Assembly (NCBI GenBank): GCA_040752415.1
Contig: JBFMGU010000036.1
Location: 1-55,286, forward strand
Source: Myxococcota bacterium
Lineage (GTDB): Bacteria > Myxococcota > JACRCW01
DNA length: 55,286 nt
Reading direction: 5' to 3'
Under the pieces are notes generated by a model, which saw nothing but the letters and a program-made list of their open reading frames with translations, did no database searches and was not told the origin of the DNA. Shown piece after piece: positions 20,041 to 27,385 of the stretch. Every line of letters starts with the position of its first letter. The first letter of the stretch is position 1. A program made the translations under genes and the position numbers.

Positions 20041-21288
20041 TCAGCGCTCAAAGAACAGCGGTTCGCGTTGGCCCATGAACTCGCGCATGACCTCCGCTTG
20101 CGCGCTCCGTACATCCTTCAGCTCGACGCCCATTCCCGGCGCCATGCCCGCGGCACCATCCCGAATCCAGCGCACCACGCCGTGCAACACCAGCTCGGGC
20201 TGGTCCGGCAGGTCCAACGAGAGCTCCACCTCCGTGCCGGCCGGGTGGGTGACGTCGTAGCTGGCCACGAAGATTCCCCCGTCGGAGAGTCCGCCGGAGA
20301 AGCCGGTGAAGAAGTTGCTCTCGCTGGTGTCCGTGATCTGCACGCGCAGCCGCGCGCGTGGCGGCTTCGGCACGTCGGTGATGGCCGGTGGCGCGGAACG
20401 TTCCTCACGCGCGGGCGAAGGCGCGGGACCGGGGGCGTTGAGGTCCACCACCACCGACCAGCTCCCCAGGTTCGGCTCGGTGGCGGCGGAATCCACCACG
20501 GGCTCTGGCGGTTTTGCCGGGGGCGGAGGAGCCGGTTGTGCCCGCGCTGGTGGTCGCGGGGGGGCGGGGAGGATGTCGTCGTCGGAGATGAGGGCCCGAC
20601 GGGGCGGCGCCAGCGTGAGGCGGGGGGCGGCCTCGACGACGGGCGCGGCGCGGGGCGGGGGCTCGTCGCTGACCACGGCCTTGCGGGTCTCGGCGCGCGC
20701 GGGCTTGGGCGGCGGCTCGTCGGAGATGACCACCTTGTTTTTGTCGGCGGGCTTGGGGGCAGGACGCGGCGGCGGCTCGTCGGAAACCACCGCCTTCTTC
20801 GGCTTGTCCGCGCGCGCTGGACGGGGTGGCGGCTCGTCGGTGATGACCGCCTTGCGCGGCGGCTCCACCACGACGGGCGGCACCATGGTCTCGGCCTGCT
20901 TGAGCGCATCCCGCGCCTGCCGCTCCAGGTTGGCAATCTCCAGCTCCCACGCCGCCAGCGCGTCGGAGAGAACGCCCGCCGCCTCGGTGCGTGCCGCCAG
21001 GGCCTGGGCGCGGAGCACCAGCGCACGCTCCACGTGCTCCACGGGAAGCAGCTCCGGCGACCGCGCTCCCTTGATGACGGAGTGCAGCTTCTCCGCGTCC
21101 CCGCCGCGCGGCCCGGTGCGCAGCGTGTCCAGGGTCTCCAGCGCACGTGCGCGCAGGGCCTCCACCTCGCGCAGGCGGGCACCAAGTTGGTCGGTGCGGG
21201 AGGCGAGGTCGGCTTCTCGTCGGGCGACCGTCTCCTCCCCGCGGACAAGCTCCGCAGCGTCGGGAACGGTGGATGAAGCCTGGCCCAT
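20041..21288 (-). CDS. Coiled-coil, Pro-rich repeat protein with C-terminal TIGR02266/PilZ-type domain
   Basis: C-terminal SESNFFTGFSGGLSDGGIFVASY...GVVRWIR...PGMGVEL...REPLFF; internal KxV(I/V)(S/T)DEPPP repeats. Confidence 0.85.
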   Translation of the reverse strand: MGQASSTVPDAAELVRGEETVARREADLASRTDQLGARLREVEALRARALETLDTLRTGPRGGDAEKLHSVIKGARSPELLPVEHVERALVLRAQALAARTEAAGVLSDALAAWELEIANLERQARDALKQAETMVPPVVVEPPRKAVITDEPPPRPARADKPKKAVVSDEPPPRPAPKPADKNKVVISDEPPPKPARAETRKAVVSDEPPPRAAPVVEAAPRLTLAPPRRALISDDDILPAPPRPPARAQPAPPPPAKPPEPVVDSAATEPNLGSWSVVVDLNAPGPAPSPAREERSAPPAITDVPKPPRARLRVQITDTSESNFFTGFSGGLSDGGIFVASYDVTHPAGTEVELSLDLPDQPELVLHGVVRWIRDGAAGMAPGMGVELKDVRSAQAEVMREFMGQREPLFFER

Positions 21289-21385
21289 GACGAACCCCCA
21301 GAACCACGCATCCTAGTCGAGCCGCGCCGGCCCGAGAACGGTTCACCGCGCTGAATGGGAGTTCCCAGAGTCAGTGGCGTATGCG

Positions 21386-21509
21386 CTGCCCCTGCCCGTG
21401 CCCCTGCCCCTGCCCGTGCCCGGCTTGAGAGCCCAAGGCCCGACGAGGTTTTCCGCAGACAACCTCTGTGCTGAGAGGACCTGCAAGCCGGGCAGGGGCA
21501 GGGGCAGGG
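21386..21509. repeat. REP-like palindrome built of TGCCC(C/G) hexamers; possible terminator downstream of polA
   Basis: 26-bp arms 21402-21427 and 21484-21509 with one mismatch; inner GAGGTT..AACCTC hairpin; related arm at 55246-55273. Confidence 0.8.
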
Positions 21510-21516
21510 ATTCTCC

Positions 21517-24276
21517 TCAGTGGGCCTCCGCCCAGTTCTTGCCCTCGCCGAGGTCCACCGCCATGGGCACGCGCAGCTGCGCCGCACCCTCCATGGCCTC
21601 ACGCACCAGCGCGCGCGTCTCCGCCATGGCCGACTCCTCCACCTCCAGCACGAGCTCGTCGTGGACCTGCAGGATCATCTGCGCCGGGATGCGCTTCTGC
21701 ATCAGCGTGTGATCCAGCCGCACCATGGCGCGCTTGATGATGTCCGCGGCGCTTCCCTGGATGGGGCTGTTGGTGGCCATGCGCTCGGCGCCCTGGCGCA
21801 CGGTGGCGTTGCGGTCGGACAGCCCAGGCAGCAGTCGTCGACGACCGAACAGCGTGGTGACCAGGCCCTGCGCGTGCGCTTCCGCCAGCGTCTTCTCCTG
21901 CCACTGCTTCACGCCGGGGAGCCGCTGGTAGTAGGCCTCCAGGTACTCCTTGGCCTGCGCGCGCGGGATGCGCAGCTGCTGACTGAGGCCAAAGGCGCTC
22001 ATGCCGTACAACAGGCCGAAGTTGATGGTCTTGGCGCTGCGACGCTGGTCCTTGGTGACGTCGGAGATCGGGACGCGGAAGATCTCGCTGGCGGTGCGCG
22101 CGTGCACGTCCTCACCCTTCTCGAACGCGGCCAGCAGCACCGCGTCCTCGGTGACGTGCGCCAGGATGCGCAGCTCGATCTGGTTGTAGTCCGCGCTCAT
22201 CAGCACGCGCCCCTTGGGCGCCACGAACGCGCTGCGGATCTTGCGGCCACGTTCGTCGCGCACCGGGATGTTCTGCAGGTTGGGATCCTGCGACGAGAGT
22301 CGACCGGTCGCGGCCACCGCTTGCTGGTAGCTGGTGTGGATGCGGCCGGTGCGGGGGTGGATGAGGTCGGGGAGCGCGTCCAGGTAGGTGCCAATGAGCT
22401 TGCTGAGCTGGCGGTGCTCCAGGACCTTGGCGGGGAGCGGGTGCAGGAAGCTCAGCTCCTCGAGGACATCCATGTCCGTGGAGGGACCGGTCTTGGTCCG
22501 ACGCTGCACGGGCAGCTGCAGCTTGTCGAACAGCACTTCCGCGAGCTGCTTGGGGCTGGCGAGGTTGAAGGACTGGCCGGCCAGCTGGTGTGCTTCCACC
22601 TCCAGGCGCGTGCAGTCGGCGCGCAGCTCGGTGGACAGGGAGCGGAGCACGTTGGCGTCGACGAGGACACCGCGCCGCTCCACGCGCATCAGCACGCCCG
22701 AGAGCGGGAGCTCCAGCTCGCGGTAGAGCGGATTGAGCTTGGCTTCGTCGACCTTCCGGGCGAGGACGTTGGCCAGGCGCAGCGCACAGTCCGCGCGTTG
22801 CGTGGCGTGCTGGCTCACCTGCTCGAGCGGGGCGCGGTCCAACGTGAGGGCGCCCTTGCCCTTGCCGCACACGGTTTCATACGGGAGGGGCTTGAAGCGC
22901 AGCTCCTGCTCACTGACGAACTCCAGCCCGTGGACCTCCATGTTCGCCAGGATGTAGCTCGCCAGCATGGGGTCGTCGTCGGCGTCGATCTCCGGGAACC
23001 CATGCTCGGCCAGCACCTTGAAGTGGTACTTCGCCTCGTGGGCCACCTTGCGCAGGTTCTCGTCGGAAAGCAGCGGAACGAGCCGCTCCCGCACCCTCTC
23101 CAGCGGGAGCTGCGTGACCGCGGAGGCCAGGTCATGCCCCACCGGGATGTACGCGGCCTTTCCCTCCGCCCACGCCAGCGAGATGCCGACGAGACGCGCG
23201 CGCATGGGATCCAGCCCGGTGGTCTGCGTCTCCACGCTGAACCGCCCCGCCTGGCGACACGCCTGCACCACGGCGTCCAGGTCCTCCAGCGTCTGCACGG
23301 TGCGGTGGCCGCTGAAGTCCGGCGTGACCACGTCGCGCGGGGCCTCCTCCACCGTCGGCGCGGGGGTCTGCATGCGGGCGAGCAGATCACCTTGCGCGGA
23401 AGTGCCTCCCGGCAGCGCGAACATGGGGTCGCTGAGCAACGCCTTGAAGCCCACCCTGGCAAAGAACGCACGTGACTCCGGGATGCGCACGCCGGGGAAA
23501 CGCAGCTTCTCGAGGGGAATGTCCAGCTTGAGGTCGCAGCTCAGCGTGGCCAGCTTCTTGGAGAGCACGGCGCGGTCGGACTGCGCCACCAGCGTGTCGC
23601 GGCGCTTGCCGGCTTTCATCGTCGGGGCGGCGGACAACACGCCCTCCACGCTGCCGTAGGTGGCAATCAGCTCGCTCGCGGTCTTCTCGCCAATGCCGTC
23701 GACGCCGGGGATGTTGTCGGAGGTGTCGCCCATCAGTGCCAGCACGTCCACCACCCGCTCCGGGGGCACGCCGAAGTAGCCCTTGACGCCCTCGACGTCG
23801 ACCATCTCCTCCGTCTCGTTGCGCGAGTTGTAGCGCAGCAACTTCACGTCCTTGTCGACGAGCTGCATCAGGTCCTTGTCCCCGCTGACAATGACCACCT
23901 GGTGGCCCGCCTCACGGTAGCGACAGGCCAGGGTGGCAATGACGTCGTCAGCCTCCACGCCTTCCTCGCGGATGCTGGGGAGCCCCAACGCGTCCACCGC
24001 CTCGAAGCAGAGGGGGAACTGGGGGCGCAGGTCGTCGGGCTGGGTCTGACGGTTGGCCTTGTATTCGGCGTACAGGTCGTTGCGGAATGTGCGCTTGCTG
24101 GCGTCGAACACCACAGCCATGGCGGCGGGTTTGTGCTCCTTGATGAGCTTGAGCAGCATGCGCGTGAAGCCCAGCACCGCGTGGATGGGCACGCCGGCCG
24201 CGTTCTTCATGGGCTTGATGGCGTGATACGCCCGGTAGATGTAGCCCGAGCCGTCAACCAGGTAGAGCGTGGTCAT
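21517..24276 (-). CDS. polA: DNA polymerase I
   Basis: LVDGSGYIYRAYH, EADDVIATL, GDTSDNIPGV, TGRLSSQDPNLQNIP, SADYNQIELR, AKTINFGLLYGM, LQVHDEL. Confidence 0.99.
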   Translation of the reverse strand: MTTLYLVDGSGYIYRAYHAIKPMKNAAGVPIHAVLGFTRMLLKLIKEHKPAAMAVVFDASKRTFRNDLYAEYKANRQTQPDDLRPQFPLCFEAVDALGLPSIREEGVEADDVIATLACRYREAGHQVVIVSGDKDLMQLVDKDVKLLRYNSRNETEEMVDVEGVKGYFGVPPERVVDVLALMGDTSDNIPGVDGIGEKTASELIATYGSVEGVLSAAPTMKAGKRRDTLVAQSDRAVLSKKLATLSCDLKLDIPLEKLRFPGVRIPESRAFFARVGFKALLSDPMFALPGGTSAQGDLLARMQTPAPTVEEAPRDVVTPDFSGHRTVQTLEDLDAVVQACRQAGRFSVETQTTGLDPMRARLVGISLAWAEGKAAYIPVGHDLASAVTQLPLERVRERLVPLLSDENLRKVAHEAKYHFKVLAEHGFPEIDADDDPMLASYILANMEVHGLEFVSEQELRFKPLPYETVCGKGKGALTLDRAPLEQVSQHATQRADCALRLANVLARKVDEAKLNPLYRELELPLSGVLMRVERRGVLVDANVLRSLSTELRADCTRLEVEAHQLAGQSFNLASPKQLAEVLFDKLQLPVQRRTKTGPSTDMDVLEELSFLHPLPAKVLEHRQLSKLIGTYLDALPDLIHPRTGRIHTSYQQAVAATGRLSSQDPNLQNIPVRDERGRKIRSAFVAPKGRVLMSADYNQIELRILAHVTEDAVLLAAFEKGEDVHARTASEIFRVPISDVTKDQRRSAKTINFGLLYGMSAFGLSQQLRIPRAQAKEYLEAYYQRLPGVKQWQEKTLAEAHAQGLVTTLFGRRRLLPGLSDRNATVRQGAERMATNSPIQGSAADIIKRAMVRLDHTLMQKRIPAQMILQVHDELVLEVEESAMAETRALVREAMEGAAQLRVPMAVDLGEGKNWAEAH

Positions 24277-24386
24277 GCGCCCTCGTACGCGTTGGGAAGG
24301 GGGCGCGCATCCTGCCTTGGGCCTGGGCGGTGAGACAAACACCACGGGGCTCGCAACCCGACATTCCGCGCGCTAGCCTGCCGGTC

Positions 24387-24761
24387 ATGGCACAGGTGAC
24401 CTCGACGAGCGTGTCGTTCCGACGAGCCCAGCAGCCGGAAGGTGATGAGTCGTCCTTCGGGCTGCGGGTGTTGCTGGTGCTGGTGGCCTTCCTGGGGGTG
24501 GTGGGTGGGTTGGTGGTGGCGGACATGAGTCGCCGGCTGGAGCGCGCGCAGCGGGATGTGGCGCAGCTCCGTGACGTGGTGGCACGTGCGGAGGTCCCCG
24601 CGCCGCTCCCGCCAGAGCCCCCGCCGCCGCCCAAGCTGCTTGTGGCCCGCGTGGAACCGCCGCCCGTGTTGCACCGGACCACGACGGGCCGCTGCGGCAA
24701 CGGCGTCATCCATCGCTCCCGCGACGTTCCGCGGATGGATGTTGCTTCAAGCCGTCCGTGA
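24387..24761 (+). CDS. Small single-TM hypothetical protein
   Basis: ATG at 24387; TM LRVLLVLVAFLGVVGGLVV, then coiled-coil and Pro-rich segment. Confidence 0.55.
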   Translation: MAQVTSTSVSFRRAQQPEGDESSFGLRVLLVLVAFLGVVGGLVVADMSRRLERAQRDVAQLRDVVARAEVPAPLPPEPPPPPKLLVARVEPPPVLHRTTTGRCGNGVIHRSRDVPRMDVASSRP

Positions 24762-25388
24762 GCGAGCACGCATCCGCCGCAGCGCCACCACGACGAGCGG
24801 GAGTGCGGTCAGCAACGGGAACGAGGTGCCCCTCAGCGGCCCCGACGCGCATCCGCCCGACGAGCTGCTGCCCTCCTGGCTGGTCGACGACGCCCCGCGG
24901 GAGCTCGACGACGCCGTTCCCCCCGCGTCGGGTTCCAACGAGGAAGAGCCGCCGGATGACGACGACGACGATGACGACGACGAGGAACCACCCGCGTCGC
25001 TGCAGCGGTCGAGGGTGTGGGCATCCGGAACGCTGGCGTCGTCGCCGGGCAGGGTGATGCCGGTGGTGAACGGAGGAGGGGGACCGCCGCGCGACCATTC
25101 CCCGCACGGGTCGCCCAGCTCCTCGCCGTTGGAGAAGCCGTCCTCGTCGGCGTCGCCGTCGTAGAGAAGGGACCAGTCCGGGATGCCGCCGGGGAGCGCG
25201 CGCACCGCGGCGCCAAAGGGGTTGAGCGGGCCGCCGCCGGTGTTGCGCTGGTGGCAGTTGAGGCAGGTGTTGACGGAGCCGTTGGGAAGACGGTCGGGAT
25301 AGACCGCGAAGGCCCACGCGAGTCCGGGGCACACCAGCAGCGACGCCAACGCGGCAACACCGCGACGGGAACGTGGAGGCAGGCGCAT
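24747..25388 (-). CDS. Secreted temptin-like protein with CxxCH motif and MYXO-CTERM-like anchor
   Basis: Signal peptide ending AWA; LPNG, CLNCH, GGGPLNPFG, DADEDGFSNGEELGDPC.W; poly-Ser; GGCAS...hydrophobic helix...RRMRAR. Confidence 0.8.
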   Translation of the reverse strand: MRLPPRSRRGVAALASLLVCPGLAWAFAVYPDRLPNGSVNTCLNCHQRNTGGGPLNPFGAAVRALPGGIPDWSLLYDGDADEDGFSNGEELGDPCGEWSRGGPPPPFTTGITLPGDDASVPDAHTLDRCSDAGGSSSSSSSSSSSGGSSSLEPDAGGTASSSSRGASSTSQEGSSSSGGCASGPLRGTSFPLLTALPLVVVALRRMRARSRTA

Positions 25389-25506
25389 GGGCAGGGTGAG
25401 CGTACGTCGTCGGTGGCGCGCCACGTCAAGCGGAGGGCAACGCCGCGCGCGACTTGAACGGTGCGTACCAGGCGCAGAGGCGCTGGTGAGGGCCGCGTCA
25501 GAGCAT

Positions 25507-25801
25507 TCTGCCCATGTCGGCGAGGCGGGCGAACACCTAACCCCCCACGCTTGGGCCAATGCGTCCACTCGCCCCCCTTCCCCAGTCTCAATTTTCCGTC
25601 GTCACCGGGCCGGGGAAGGGGGGCAATCGGTGAACGCGGCTGCCCACTTTTCCGACGAGAAAGCGCTCCTCAGACCAAGGCTTGCCCCCCTTCCCCGGCC
25701 CGGTGACGACGGAAAATTGAGACTGGGGAAGGGGGGCGAGTGGACGCATTGGCCCAAGCGTGGGGGGTTAGGTGTTCGCCCGCCTCGCCGACATGGGCAG
25801 A
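25507..25801. repeat. 295-bp foldback element: perfect 120-bp inverted repeats around a 55-bp spacer
   Basis: 25507-25626 is the exact reverse complement of 25682-25801; each arm contains a 13-bp IR (GCCCCCCTTCCCC/GGGGAAGGGGGGC). Confidence 0.95.
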
Positions 25802-26245
25802 CTACACCCCCCAACGTCACCGGCGTGGCCATTACAGCGGTTCCCGGTGGAGTTGACCGTGGCGGAGGGTGAACCTGGCACCTGCGAGGCGATGGTTCTT
25901 GGCCGCGGAATCGCAGACAAGAATGGCTGCGCCACGGGGAATGACGCCATCGACATCGTGAGTCTACGGGCATGGGTCGGCGAAGCGGCTGCAATTCCCC
26001 GTGGCGCAGCCATTCTTGTCTGCGATTCCGCGGCCAAGGGCCATCACTTCCCCGGCCAATCTGACTGGGAACCGCTGTAACAGGCCGCGCCCGCTCAAGC
26101 CGGTGCGCGCGGCCGTCACTCGCGCCACCAGTGCTCCGCCCTGCCCCCAGAACACGTCGACGATGGTCGCATCCCGACGGACGAGCGGGACCAGCCACAG
26201 CGCGACCATCACCCCGTGCAGGACGGGCCGGTTGCCAAGCGCAGC
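25802..26245 (-). pseudogene. Decayed DUF1295 (steroid 5-alpha reductase-like) gene fragment interrupted by a MITE
   Basis: MVALWLVPLVRRDATIVDVFWG...GRGLL resembles DUF1295 N-termini; continues in frame as MATPVTLGG after removing the insertion; remainder of gene not recognisable. Confidence 0.7.
25835..26077. mobile_element. Non-autonomous MITE flanked by TA (IS630/Tc1-mariner-like target)
   Basis: TA|CAGCGGTTCCC...GGGAACCGCTG|TA ends; terminal IRs extend imperfectly to about 25 bp; internal perfect 45-bp IR (25898-25942/25994-26038); no transposase. Confidence 0.75.
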
Positions 26246-26388
26246 GTCGGGACGTGGACACCGTGGGCTTCGTGGCGCCATCCGATGGCTTCTGGCTCGC
26301 GCCAGCGCCTGCGCCAACGTCACGACGAAACCTCGCGCCCGCCCGGGCCCTCGCTGCTAGAAGGGGCGCGGGGAGAAGGAGCGGCGGC

Positions 26389-27255
26389 ATGACGCGCGTG
26401 TTGACGGAGCTGGTGGAGTTGTTGGCGCTGGAACGCATCGAGGAGAACCTGTTCCGCGGGCAGAGCCAGGACCTGGGTTGGGGGCAGGTGTTCGGCGGGC
26501 AGGTGCTGGGCCAGGCGCTCAGCGCCGCGGTGCAGACGGTACCGGCGGAGCGACACGTGCACTCGCTCCATGCGTACTTCCTCCGTCCGGGAGATGCGCA
26601 CCGTCCCATTGTCTACACCGTGGACCGCATCCGCGACGGCAGCAGCTTCACCACGCGTCGGGTGGTGGCGGTGCAGAGCGGTCAGCCCATCTTCAACATG
26701 TCCGCGTCGTTCCAGATGGACGAGGAGGGTTTCCAGCACGCCGACGGCATGCCGCCCATGGCCGGTCCCGACGGGTTGGAGACCGAGCTGGACCAGTGGA
26801 AGAAATACGCGGAGCGCATCCCCGAGCCGGTGCGTACGCGCGCGTTGGCGGAGCGACCCATTGAGCTGCGGCCGGTGGACCCGGTGGATCCCTTCACGCC
26901 GGAGCGCAAGCAGCCCGACCACGCCGTGTGGGTCCGCGCCGCCGGCACGCTCCCCGACGACCCCGCGCTGCACCGCTATCTCCTCGCCTACTGCTCGGAC
27001 TTTGCGTTCATCACCACGGCCATGCGTCCCCACGGCGCCACGTGGGTGGACCCGCGCCTGCAGGTGGCCAGCGTGGATCACGTCATGTGGTTCCACCGGC
27101 CCTTCCGCATGGACGACTGGCTCCTGCACGTCATGCACAGCCCCTCCGCCTCCGGCGCGCGCGGGCTGGTGCGCGGCAGCATCTTCTCCCGCGACGGAAG
27201 ACTGGTGGCCTCCACCGCGCAGGAAGGCCTGATGCGCAAGCGGGTACGCAAGTAG
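26389..27255 (+). CDS. tesB: Acyl-CoA thioesterase II
   Basis: AAGGAG RBS; VFGGQVLGQAL, HSLHAYFLRPGD, RDGSSFTTRRV, LAYCSD, ASVDHVMWFH, STAQEG. Confidence 0.97.
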   Translation: MTRVLTELVELLALERIEENLFRGQSQDLGWGQVFGGQVLGQALSAAVQTVPAERHVHSLHAYFLRPGDAHRPIVYTVDRIRDGSSFTTRRVVAVQSGQPIFNMSASFQMDEEGFQHADGMPPMAGPDGLETELDQWKKYAERIPEPVRTRALAERPIELRPVDPVDPFTPERKQPDHAVWVRAAGTLPDDPALHRYLLAYCSDFAFITTAMRPHGATWVDPRLQVASVDHVMWFHRPFRMDDWLLHVMHSPSASGARGLVRGSIFSRDGRLVASTAQEGLMRKRVRK

Positions 27256-27268
27256 GTCGCTGGAGTAC

Positions 27269-27374
27269 GAGAATCCCGAGAGAAGGAAGTCAGAAGTCAG
27301 AAGCGACTCCGCGACGACGGTGAGCACCTTCTGACTTCTGTATTCTGACTCCTGACTTCCTTCTCGGGACTCTC
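27269..27374. repeat. Inverted heptamer (AAGTCAG)n palindrome between convergent genes; probable bidirectional terminator
   Basis: CCCGAGAGAAGGAAGTCAGAAGTCAGAAG...CTTCTGACTTCTGTATTCTGACTCCTGACTTCCTTCTCGGG. Confidence 0.75.
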
Positions 27375-27385
27375 TGGACAGACCA

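Noticed and set aside
25507..26077. CRISPR array or retron interpretation of the repeats
   Set aside because: Repeats are inverted rather than direct repeat-spacer units; no cas or reverse transcriptase gene in the window
25387..26080. Small ORFs across the palindromic region
   Set aside because: They encode the same peptides on both strands, an artefact of the inverted repeats
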